32,985 bases of DNA from an uncultured Candidatus Pelagibacter sp. (GTDB lineage: Bacteria > Pseudomonadota > Alphaproteobacteria > Pelagibacterales > Pelagibacteraceae), in contig CAZABF010000001.1 in assembly GCA_964483495.1 (NCBI GenBank), positions 1 to 32,985 of the forward strand. The letters are read 5' to 3'. Under the pieces are notes generated by a model, which searched no databases, had not been told where the DNA came from, and saw only the letters and a program-made list of their open reading frames with translations. A program made the position numbers and the translations under genes. This document shows, piece after piece, positions 1 through 8,677 of the stretch. How positions within the stretch are numbered: the first letter of the stretch is position 1; every line of letters starts with the position of its first letter.

Positions 1-787
1 TTTTCAGTTTTTCTACTATTTTACTTACATTTGTGACAGGATTTTGTCTATTGTTTAAACTTCTAGTAATTTCTTTACAAATAGCACTTCCTACCACCAA
101 ACCATCAGCTGGTTTCAGTTTTGAGATTGTTTTTTCAGTAATTCCAAAACCAATCACACAATTCTTTTTCCGGTCAATTTTTTTTATTTTATTAAAATTT
201 AACAATATTTGTTTTGGCGACACTTTAAGTTTACCTCCAGTTGTTGAAAGCATACTAATATAGTAAATCATATCATGAGAATCTTTTATAATTTTTTTTA
301 ATCTTTCATTTGAAGTAGTTGGTGATAAAAGTTGAACAAAACTAATTGATTTTTTTTTACACTTTTTTGCAAAAACTTTATTTTCAGGCCAGGGTAAATC
401 AACAACAATTAAACCATTTACACCTGATTTTTTGCATTTATATAAGAATCTATTTTCTCCATATTGATAAATCATATTATAGTAACCCATTAAAATTACA
501 GGTTTAGAATATTTGTTTTTTTTAAATTCTTTAACAATTTGAAATACATCGTTAATTTTAATTCCATTTTTTATTGCTCGATATGCACTTGTTTGGATTT
601 GCCCCCCATCTGCTATTGGCGTATTGTGTGGGAAGCCTATTTCACATATATCTACATTCTTTGATATTGATTTTAATATAGCCAAAGATTTTTTTTTTGT
701 ATTATCTCCAGCAACTGTGTAGGTTAATAATGCGGGTCTGTTTTCCTGCTTTGCTTTTTTAAACGCATCACTAATTGGATTTATCAT
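1..787 (-). CDS. trpA: Tryptophan synthase alpha chain (3' end runs off the window edge)
   Basis: Absent from the ORF track because its stop lies outside the window. Manual translation from ATG at 787 (ATGA overlap with the trpB stop) gives MINPISDAFKKAKQENRPALLTYTVAGD...CEIGFPHNTPIADGGQIQ... and the same frame at the window edge reads ...GSAICKEITRSLNNRQNPVTNVSKIVEKLK. Catalytic E49/D60 equivalents are present. Lies downstream of trpB. Confidence 0.95.
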   Translation of the reverse strand, partial: MINPISDAFKKAKQENRPALLTYTVAGDNTKKKSLAILKSISKNVDICEIGFPHNTPIADGGQIQTSAYRAIKNGIKINDVFQIVKEFKKNKYSKPVILMGYYNMIYQYGENRFLYKCKKSGVNGLIVVDLPWPENKVFAKKCKKKSISFVQLLSPTTSNERLKKIIKDSHDMIYYISMLSTTGGKLKVSPKQILLNFNKIKKIDRKKNCVIGFGITEKTISKLKPADGLVVGSAICKEITRSLNNRQNPVTNVSKIVEKLK

Positions 788-2016
788 ATTTTCTTTCTCA
801 ATCTTTTCTTTAAGATATCCCTGTCTTTTTTTGCGTCTCCACAGGAGTTAACTATAATAATTATATCCTTACTTAATCTAGGGGCAATCTTAATGGCTTC
901 AGCAAAGGCGTGGCATGGTTCTAAACTTGGATTTAATTTTTCATATTTTGTAACTAATTTATATGCATTCAATGCTTCTTCGTCTGTTGCATAAGTATAT
1001 CTGGCTCTTTTAGCATCTTTTAAATAACTGTGGATTGGACTTACTCCTGGATAATCAAGACCCGCACTTATAGATTCTGTTTCGTTAATTTGTCCATCAT
1101 TGTTTTGGCAAACATAAGAGGCAGCTCCATGTAATATTCCTAATTTTGCACCTCTACTTAATGGCGCTGCATGCAATTTTGATTTTTTTGGCCCTCCAGC
1201 TTCAACACCAATAAATTCAATTTGAGATTTTGGATAATCAACAAATTCACTCCAAAAACCATATGCTGAACTTCCTCCTCCTACACAGTTAATTAATTTT
1301 ATTTTTTTTGGAAATTTATTAAATTTATTTTTGATTTGAAACTTAAGCTCTTTAGAGATTTGAGCGGTGCTCCAACCACAAATTTTTACAAATATGTTTG
1401 GCCCTACAGTTGATCCTACACACATATGAGTAGTATCACAATTTGAAACCCAATACCTCATACATTCGCTTACCGCATCAACTAATGTTTGGCTCCCAGT
1501 GTAAACAGGTACAATTTCAGCTCCATTTTTTTTAATTGCATCACAATTGGGTTTTTGTCGTTTAATATCTTTTACTCCCATAAATATTTTACATTTTAGG
1601 CCAAATTTTTTTGCTGCCATGCTTAACATTTTGCCTGCATATCCAGCTCCTGTATCACCCACGATATATTTCTTTCCCATGCTCTTACAGATTAAAGCAT
1701 GAACAGTTGCATTGTATATCTTGTGTGCACCACCATTAGCTTCGGATACAACTTTGGTCCATATTTGAGCACCACCAAGGTTTTTTGATAATTTTTCTAA
1801 TTTTATAAAAGGAGTGGGTGATCCAATATAGTTTTTAAAATAAAAATCTTTTTTCTTTAAAAAACTTTTGTTTTTCCTAAGTTTTTTAAAACTTTTTGTT
1901 AGGTCATCAACTGGTTTTTTTAAAGTTTCTGGTATGAAACTTCCACCAAATTTTCCACCCCAAAAACCAAATTTATCATGTTGGTCAATTAATGGAATAT
2001 TTTTTCTAATTTTCAT
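784..2016 (-). CDS. trpB: Tryptophan synthase beta chain (divergent)
   Basis: GKFGGSFIPETL, PLP lysine motif GAHK, CVGGGS phosphate loop, ESISAGLDYPGV; lies between trpF and trpA. Confidence 0.93.
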   Translation of the reverse strand: MKIRKNIPLIDQHDKFGFWGGKFGGSFIPETLKKPVDDLTKSFKKLRKNKSFLKKKDFYFKNYIGSPTPFIKLEKLSKNLGGAQIWTKVVSEANGGAHKIYNATVHALICKSMGKKYIVGDTGAGYAGKMLSMAAKKFGLKCKIFMGVKDIKRQKPNCDAIKKNGAEIVPVYTGSQTLVDAVSECMRYWVSNCDTTHMCVGSTVGPNIFVKICGWSTAQISKELKFQIKNKFNKFPKKIKLINCVGGGSSAYGFWSEFVDYPKSQIEFIGVEAGGPKKSKLHAAPLSRGAKLGILHGAASYVCQNNDGQINETESISAGLDYPGVSPIHSYLKDAKRARYTYATDEEALNAYKLVTKYEKLNPSLEPCHAFAEAIKIAPRLSKDIIIIVNSCGDAKKDRDILKKRLRKKI

Positions 2017-2629
2017 TTTTAATTTTGCTAATGTTTTCTAAAAAAATTTTTATTTTTAAAATATCTTTCTCTCCTGAAGTTTCTAAACTTCCTGAGACAT
2101 CAATAATATCTGTTATTTTAGAATATTTATCAAGCTTATCATCATACTGAATGTTGCCAGCAAGCATTTTGTTTACTGAAGCCGGCACATTATTTAGTAG
2201 ATGATGATCAAACCCGACAGATTTTTCATATCCCTTACTATCAAATAAAATTATTTCAGAAATAGATTCAAATTTTTTATATTCTTCAACATCATTTTTA
2301 TTTTCAATTGTAAGTGCAGTTATAATTTTTACTTTGTATTTTTCTTTTATTATTTTAGTTTTTTCAGGACTTACATCGTATAATTGGTAGTAATCAAAAT
2401 TTAAATCTTTTATCTTTTCTAAAATTTCATCATTTGGATTTACAAGAACTGAAACAAAATTTATTTTTTTTTTATCTATATTAATTAATCTTTTAAGATT
2501 CTCATGTTCAACATATCTTATAGATTTTGGATAATTAGCTATGAAACCAATAAATTTAGGAGGATTATTATGATTTACTATATAATTTAAAGTTTTGGAA
2601 TCTTTGATACCACAAATTTTTGCATCCAT
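2006..2629 (-). CDS. trpF: Phosphoribosylanthranilate isomerase
   Basis: N-terminal AKICGIK, GFI...SIRYV, LFDS, MLAG, IDVSGSLE motifs; pyrF-trpF-trpB order. Confidence 0.93.
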   Translation of the reverse strand: MDAKICGIKDSKTLNYIVNHNNPPKFIGFIANYPKSIRYVEHENLKRLINIDKKKINFVSVLVNPNDEILEKIKDLNFDYYQLYDVSPEKTKIIKEKYKVKIITALTIENKNDVEEYKKFESISEIILFDSKGYEKSVGFDHHLLNNVPASVNKMLAGNIQYDDKLDKYSKITDIIDVSGSLETSGEKDILKIKIFLENISKIKNEN

Positions 2630-3300
2630 TATTTATTAAGATGATCAATTAAAGTTTGAATATTTTTTTTTACATTTCCTTTTGTAATTGGCCTTCCAAT
2701 TACAAGCCAATCAGATCCATTTTTGAATGCTTCTTTAGGTGTCATTACTCTTTTTTGGTCATTTTTATTTGAATTAAATCTAATTCCAGGAGTAATTATT
2801 TCTTTTTTGAAAACTTTTTTTACATATTTTATTTCTTGAGGACCACAAACAATTCCATCAAGCCTTGCTTTATTTGCTAGTTTGGCCTGGTGAACTACTA
2901 ACTTTCTTAATTTTTTATCATAGCCTATCTGTTTTAATGAATAATTGTCTATTGATGTAAGCGTTGTAACTCCAATTAACTTTATTTTGCCAGAAACTCT
3001 TTTTGCTGCTTTTAGCGCCTTCAAACCAGAGCTTATGTGTATGGTTAAATAATTAATCCTAAGGTCTTTTATTGCTTTTATAGCAGACGCACATGTATTT
3101 GGTATATCGTGCAGTTTTAAGTCAGCAAAAATAATTTTATTTTTAATTTTTGATATAAAAAATCTTCCATTTTTAGAATTAATGAATTCTAATCCAAATT
3201 TGTAAGCAATTTTTAATTTTTTAGTATTTGAATACCTAATTATTTTTTGTGCTATTGAGGTTTTGTTTGTATCACACGCAATAAATATATTCTTATTCAT
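2629..3300 (-). CDS. pyrF: Orotidine-5'-phosphate decarboxylase
   Basis: IFADLKLHDIPNT signature, VTTLTS, TPGIR, DQKRVMTP, VIGRPIT. Confidence 0.97.
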   Translation of the reverse strand: MNKNIFIACDTNKTSIAQKIIRYSNTKKLKIAYKFGLEFINSKNGRFFISKIKNKIIFADLKLHDIPNTCASAIKAIKDLRINYLTIHISSGLKALKAAKRVSGKIKLIGVTTLTSIDNYSLKQIGYDKKLRKLVVHQAKLANKARLDGIVCGPQEIKYVKKVFKKEIITPGIRFNSNKNDQKRVMTPKEAFKNGSDWLVIGRPITKGNVKKNIQTLIDHLNK

Positions 3301-3580
3301 TGTTTAGACTATTAAACCATTTTTTTGACATTTTGAAATGGACTGTTTTTTTTTTAGAAACCTTAATTTTTTCTTGTGTCTTTGGGTTTCTTGACATTCT
3401 TGCTTCTTGAATTCTAGTTTCTAAAGTAAAAATATCTCTTAATTCAACTCTTTCATTTTTTTCAAGAGCATTTTCAATTTTAGAAAGCGTTATTTCTATA
3501 AGCTTTGATAGGTCTTTCTTTAAAAAATTTGGATAATTGTCTGATAAATGATCTAATATTTTTGATTTTACTAGTGCCAA
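3293..3580 (-). CDS. ihfB: Integration host factor beta / HU-family DNA-binding protein
   Basis: 95 aa, TTG start; RVELR, RMSRNPKTQEKI, VHFKMSK; sits in the canonical rpsA-ihfB-pyrF position. Confidence 0.85.
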   Translation of the reverse strand: MALVKSKILDHLSDNYPNFLKKDLSKLIEITLSKIENALEKNERVELRDIFTLETRIQEARMSRNPKTQEKIKVSKKKTVHFKMSKKWFNSLNNE

Positions 3581-3589
3581 ATTAGTTAA

Positions 3590-5323
3590 CTATTCTTCGC
3601 TTTTATTTTTATCTTTTTCTAATTTGTCAGAAAGAGACGAAAATGGTAAATTTTTTCCTGAAAGAGGTGATGAAAATTTAGATACAGCTTCTTTATTCTG
3701 TAATTCTTCTAATAGTTTTATACTAAGATTTACTTTTCTCTTTTTTAAATCAATTTCAGATATAGCAGCATCAATTCTTTCGCCACCAACAAATCTTGAA
3801 GGTCTTGCATCGGCTGAATTTATTGCTATTTGTGATTTTTTTATCAATATATTTAAATCTGAATCTTCTGGCTTAACAATTAACCCTTTATTATCTGAAG
3901 ATATAACTTTTACAGTCACTATATCATTAACTTTTTTATTCTTAAAATAACTCAGCGGATCTGTTGTAGTTTGTTTTAATCCAACTCTCACTTTTTGTTC
4001 TTCTTTTTTTATTTCTAATACCTCTACTTTTAGCAAATCGTTTTTTTTATATTTTTTTATTTCTTCTTCTGGATTTCCTGTATAAGAAAGATCATTTGCA
4101 TGCAAAAATACATCGATATCATAAGCTTCAATGTGTAAGTAAATCGCATACTCATTAATGTTCGATATTTTTCCTTCTATCTCAGATCCAACAGGATATT
4201 TTTTTTCTAACGCTTCATAAGGATTTTCTTTTGTTAGTCTATGAGAAATCGCAACTCTTCTTTTTTCTTTGTCGATTTCTGTAATTACACAATCAATAAC
4301 ATCTCCAATTTTATATATTTTTTTTGTACTTACATTTTTTTTAGTCCAACTTAACTCACTTGAATGAAGCAGTGTACTTAGTCCAGGCTCTAATTCACAG
4401 AAACAGCCATAATCAGTTATTTTTACAACTTTTACTTTGTATAGTTTATTCAATTCATAGTTTGAAATATGTTCAAATGGATCTTGAGAAAGTTGTTTAA
4501 TTGAGCAACCAACTTGTAGTTTTTGTTTGTCTACAGAAATAACTAACAAATCATGTTTTTCACCAATATTAAAAACTTCATCAGGGTGATTAATTCTTGA
4601 GTAGGAAATTTCTTGTAAATGCACAAGCACATCCAATTCACCATTGTTTACTCCAAAGAAACAACCAAAAGAACTATAACCTTTAACAACTGCATCTTTA
4701 ATTATATCTCCAACTTTATATTTTTCTATTATTTTTGCCTTATCTTCTTTTTTATTTGAAGAAACTATTTGTCTTCGAGAAACACAAGCGTTACCTCTAA
4801 TTTTGTCTAGTTTAATTAAAGCGAATTTTTGAGGTTCGTTCATTAGATGAGAAATATCTTTTATTGGCTTGTCTGATATTTGCGACCCAGGACAAAACAT
4901 TAAAGATCCTGTATCAATATGTTCAACTATTACTCCTCCTTTACATTTTGAAGTAATTTTTCCTACTATAGGTTCATTTTTTTCGTAAGCTTTTTCCAAC
5001 TCATACCAGCCCTTTATTTTTTGAGCTTTTGTTGCTGAAACAACAACATTTCCATTTTTATCTTCAATTTTTTCCAAAAGAACTGCAATTTTTGATCCTT
5101 CTTTAATTTTATCAATTAAATTTAAGCTTTTTAATTCGTTTATATCTAAAACAGGTTCTGATTTTAGACCCTCAACAAATAAAAAAACAAATTTGTTTGT
5201 TATTTTAGTTACTAGGCCGTCTACGATTTTTCCTTCTTCTATTTTTATCTTAGATAATTGTGAATTTAATAAATTTTCGAAATCTTTATTTACTTGTGTG
5301 TTTAGATCCTTATATATTTCCAT
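3590..5323 (-). CDS. rpsA: 30S ribosomal protein S1
   Basis: 577 aa with repeated S1 domains (FCPGSQI, VSRR, LVHLQEIS, LLHSSELSW, FLHANDLS); follows cmk. Confidence 0.96.
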   Translation of the reverse strand: MEIYKDLNTQVNKDFENLLNSQLSKIKIEEGKIVDGLVTKITNKFVFLFVEGLKSEPVLDINELKSLNLIDKIKEGSKIAVLLEKIEDKNGNVVVSATKAQKIKGWYELEKAYEKNEPIVGKITSKCKGGVIVEHIDTGSLMFCPGSQISDKPIKDISHLMNEPQKFALIKLDKIRGNACVSRRQIVSSNKKEDKAKIIEKYKVGDIIKDAVVKGYSSFGCFFGVNNGELDVLVHLQEISYSRINHPDEVFNIGEKHDLLVISVDKQKLQVGCSIKQLSQDPFEHISNYELNKLYKVKVVKITDYGCFCELEPGLSTLLHSSELSWTKKNVSTKKIYKIGDVIDCVITEIDKEKRRVAISHRLTKENPYEALEKKYPVGSEIEGKISNINEYAIYLHIEAYDIDVFLHANDLSYTGNPEEEIKKYKKNDLLKVEVLEIKKEEQKVRVGLKQTTTDPLSYFKNKKVNDIVTVKVISSDNKGLIVKPEDSDLNILIKKSQIAINSADARPSRFVGGERIDAAISEIDLKKRKVNLSIKLLEELQNKEAVSKFSSPLSGKNLPFSSLSDKLEKDKNKSEE

Positions 5324-5969
5324 ATTTTTTTATTAATCTCTTTTTTACTAAATTAACTAGTTGCAGCTTCATTTGCTCCATAGTTAATTTAGTGGTGTCA
5401 ACTAATACAGCACCTTTAACAAAAAGCAAGGGACTTTCTTTTCTATTTTTATCGCTAAAATCCCTTAATTTTAGAGATTTTTGGACATCTCTAAGTTTTA
5501 TATTTTTATTTATCTTTTTATATTCTTTTAGTCTTCTTTTTGCTTTTTCTTTTAAAGAGCATCTAAAAAAAATTTTTAAATCTGCATTAGGCATAATTTT
5601 TGAAGCAATATCTCTTCCTTCAATTATAACTTGGTTATTTTTTTTTATAAAATTTATTTGAACTTTTTTAAGTTCATTTCTTATATACTTTTTTGTTGCA
5701 ATTATTGATGACAATTTTGTTACTTGTGGATTATTCAATTTTTTATTTTTTAATTTTAGTAAAGTTATTTTTTTTGATTGATTCCTTATATATTTTTGAT
5801 CATATTTTTTGTTATTTTTTATAATTTTAAAAGCTAAATACCTATATAATTTTCCAGATGAAAGAAGTTTAAATTTAAATTTTTTTGAAATTATCTTGCT
5901 ACCTGTAGTTTTACCCGAGGCGCCACTTCCATCAATAGCAATTGAAAATTTTATATTTTTTTTAATCAA
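5310..5969 (-). CDS. cmk: Cytidylate kinase
   Basis: IAIDGSGASGKTT P-loop, SGKLYR, EGRDI, RDFSDKNRKESPL; aroA-cmk-rpsA order. Confidence 0.95.
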   Translation of the reverse strand: MIKKNIKFSIAIDGSGASGKTTGSKIISKKFKFKLLSSGKLYRYLAFKIIKNNKKYDQKYIRNQSKKITLLKLKNKKLNNPQVTKLSSIIATKKYIRNELKKVQINFIKKNNQVIIEGRDIASKIMPNADLKIFFRCSLKEKAKRRLKEYKKINKNIKLRDVQKSLKLRDFSDKNRKESPLLFVKGAVLVDTTKLTMEQMKLQLVNLVKKRLIKKYGNI

Positions 5970-7291
5970 CTAATTTTTGCTCCTAAATTTTTTAATAATG
6001 ATATAAAATTTGGAAAAGATGAATTGATTGAGTCAATATCATGTATTATCCATTTACCACCCAATGCTAGAGCAGCAACAAATGACAACATACAAGCTCT
6101 ATGATCTTTATCATATTTTTCTACTTTATACGTTTTGCTAAGTTTTAAATTAGGATTTCCATATATTTTGAAACTATTGTTTGTCATTTTTGTTCTAATT
6201 CCCATCATATTTAAAAAGTTATTTGCAAATTTTAATCTATCTGTTTCCTTATGTCTGAGTTCACCAATTTTATTAAATTTTGACACTCCATTTGCTGTAG
6301 CACAGGTTAAAAAAATTAACAATAATTCATCAATTGAACGACTATTCATTTTTGATGGGCAGTTAATTGATTTTAGTTTATTTGAACTTTTTACAAATAT
6401 ATCAGCAATGTCTTCTCCATTATAATTTTTTTTATTTTTTAAAATTATTTTTGCTTTCATCATTTTTAATATATCAATAATCCCAGTCCTCGATTTATTT
6501 ACGTTGACATTTTTAATTAAAATTTTAGAATTTCTTGTTAACAGGGTAAGTACTATAAAAAACGAACTAGAACTTATATCACCGGGAATTACATAATTGA
6601 AGCCTTTATAATTTTTTACACCCTTGTAACTTATTAAATCTAATTTTTTTTCTTTTGAAATTTTTATTGGTAAATTTAAATATTTAAATAATTTTTCCGT
6701 ATGGTCTCTAGATGGAATAGATTTTATTTTTGTTTCCCCAAAGGTTTTGATTGCTGCAAGCAAAATACAGCTTTTTACCTGGGCACTACCTTTTGTTTCG
6801 TTATAATTAATAGGTCTTGGATAGCCAGTTCCTTTTATTTTGATAGGCAATTTTTGGTTTTTTGATTTAATATTTTGACCAAACATTCTCATCGGTTTAA
6901 TTACTCTTGAAAAATCTCTTTTTGATAAACTTTGGTCACCTTTTAAAATAATTTGATTTTTTGATTTTACTAATAAACCAAAAATTAATCTTGCTAAAGT
7001 TCCTGAATTTCCAGCATTAATTGTTGTATTATTTTTAAATCTAAATCCGTTAAGACCTTTTCCATAAATTTTACAATTTTTTTTATTAATTTTATAACTT
7101 ATTCCAAGTTTTTTTATAGCATTTAGAGCGCTTAACACATCTTCAGATTTAAGCAGATTATAAGCAATCGATGTTCCTACTGCTTGTGATGCCATCAATA
7201 TCCATCTAATAGATAAACTTTTGTCCCCAGGTACATAAATTTTTTTATTAAAACTTTTTATTCTTTCATTTATATGTACAATTTTTTTCAT
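5966..7291 (-). CDS. aroA: 3-phosphoshikimate 1-carboxyvinyltransferase (EPSP synthase)
   Basis: VPGDKSLSIR, AGNSGT, SAQVKS, RDHTE, PGDISS, ELRHKETDR, DHR motifs. Confidence 0.97.
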   Translation of the reverse strand: MKKIVHINERIKSFNKKIYVPGDKSLSIRWILMASQAVGTSIAYNLLKSEDVLSALNAIKKLGISYKINKKNCKIYGKGLNGFRFKNNTTINAGNSGTLARLIFGLLVKSKNQIILKGDQSLSKRDFSRVIKPMRMFGQNIKSKNQKLPIKIKGTGYPRPINYNETKGSAQVKSCILLAAIKTFGETKIKSIPSRDHTEKLFKYLNLPIKISKEKKLDLISYKGVKNYKGFNYVIPGDISSSSFFIVLTLLTRNSKILIKNVNVNKSRTGIIDILKMMKAKIILKNKKNYNGEDIADIFVKSSNKLKSINCPSKMNSRSIDELLLIFLTCATANGVSKFNKIGELRHKETDRLKFANNFLNMMGIRTKMTNNSFKIYGNPNLKLSKTYKVEKYDKDHRACMLSFVAALALGGKWIIHDIDSINSSFPNFISLLKNLGAKIS

Positions 7292-7299
7292 TAGAAAGA

Positions 7300-8079
7300 C
7301 TAACTAATTTTAAATGCATCTCCAAAATAAAAGTTTCTTGCATTTGTATTATTTATTAGCTCTGAAGGTGTGCCTTGTGCTATAATTTTTTTATTTGCCA
7401 AAATAATTGCTCTATCACTTATTGCCAATAAATCTCTAGCAGCATGGTCTGAAATAATACAGCATTTACTATTATCTTGAGTTTGTAGATTTACAATTGT
7501 TTCTTGTAGATCTCTAGTAGACATTATATCTAGTCCCTGGAAAGGCTCATCCATTAAAATTATTTTTGGATCTGACATTAGCGACATCGCTATGCTTACC
7601 TTTTTTCTTTGCCCTCCAGAAAGATATTTTGCTTTAGTATTTTTTACCGCATCCAATTCAAACTTTGATACCATTTTTTCAATTTTAAAATTTCTCTCTT
7701 CTTTTTTTTCAATAACTATTTCGCTAATTGCTTTTAAATTTTCTATACATGTGAGATTCGAAAAAATACCTCCTGTTTGAGGCACAATACTTAGACCATA
7801 ATCAATTGCTCTTTTATAAATTGGAACATCGGTAACAATTTTTTGATTAATATATACCTCCCCATAGTTGGGTTTTATTAAACCTGAAATTATATTAAAA
7901 ATAGTTGATTTTCCGGCTCCATTTGGCCCCAGTAATCCACAAATTTCTCCTTCACGGATATTGAAAGAAATATCATCCAAAACTTGTGTTTTGTTATATG
8001 AAAGAGAAATTTTTTTTAATGCAATTTTATTTATTTCTTTTTTGAATGTTGTTATCCTAAATTTTTTAATTATAGCCAT
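7300..8079 (-). CDS. lptB: LPS export ABC transporter ATP-binding protein
   Basis: GLLGPNGAGKST, LSGGQ, DEPF, SDH switch, C-terminal YFGDAF (LptB YLGxxF-like); adjacent to an lptC-like gene and kdsD. Confidence 0.85.
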   Translation of the reverse strand: MAIIKKFRITTFKKEINKIALKKISLSYNKTQVLDDISFNIREGEICGLLGPNGAGKSTIFNIISGLIKPNYGEVYINQKIVTDVPIYKRAIDYGLSIVPQTGGIFSNLTCIENLKAISEIVIEKKEERNFKIEKMVSKFELDAVKNTKAKYLSGGQRKKVSIAMSLMSDPKIILMDEPFQGLDIMSTRDLQETIVNLQTQDNSKCCIISDHAARDLLAISDRAIILANKKIIAQGTPSELINNTNARNFYFGDAFKIS

Positions 8080-8083
8080 ATTC

Positions 8084-8677
8084 TTAATTTTTAATTATTT
8101 GAATCTTCTTCTTTTTATCAAACATTCTTATATTTACATCTCCATTTAATAAATTAAATGATATTTCATCAGCATTTGCCGTTGTGTTTCTATCTAAATA
8201 TTTAATATTATTATACATTATAGCCTTATTATTCTTAAAAAATAAATCTAAGTTATCCGAAGAAACTTTGCTTTCTTCAAAAAAACCAATAACATTTTCA
8301 TAAAAATTTGTATCAAAAGTTATAGAGTTATATTTAGCAAAATCAGATTTTATTTCTATATCAGATTTGTTTTTTAATTTTATCTTTCCCACAACTTGCT
8401 TTAAAAGTATGATATTTGAATCTTCTTTGCTTTCTTCACCATATTTTGCATTCAATATATATTCATTACCTTTTGCGTCAATTGAAACATAATTTAAATT
8501 TTTAATAATGGTATTTTTATTTTTTTCAGTTTCTGTTTTTTCAATAGCTTTATCTTTGTTTAAATCTAAATAAACAATATCTTTTTGATATTTTAGAAAG
8601 GTATTTTTAATAAAAAAAAATATAAAAATGCCCATTAATAAAAAAATTAATAATTGAATGGCTGTTTTAACATTCAT
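8084..8677 (-). CDS. lptC: LPS export periplasmic protein LptC (N-terminal TM helix plus beta-jellyroll-like region)
   Basis: Single N-terminal hydrophobic helix, Y..D.KGNEYILNA motif, beta-strand-like periodicity; located between kdsD and lptB. Confidence 0.7.
   Translation of the reverse strand: MNVKTAIQLLIFLLMGIFIFFFIKNTFLKYQKDIVYLDLNKDKAIEKTETEKNKNTIIKNLNYVSIDAKGNEYILNAKYGEESKEDSNIILLKQVVGKIKLKNKSDIEIKSDFAKYNSITFDTNFYENVIGFFEESKVSSDNLDLFFKNNKAIMYNNIKYLDRNTTANADEISFNLLNGDVNIRMFDKKKKIQIIKN

Noticed and set aside
1-787. Apparent gap in the ORF track, possible trpA pseudogene, and the 33..263 (+) ORF
   Set aside because: The start and the window-edge end of trpA are in the same minus-strand frame. 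It was omitted only because its stop codon is outside the window, and the small + ORF is its antisense shadow.
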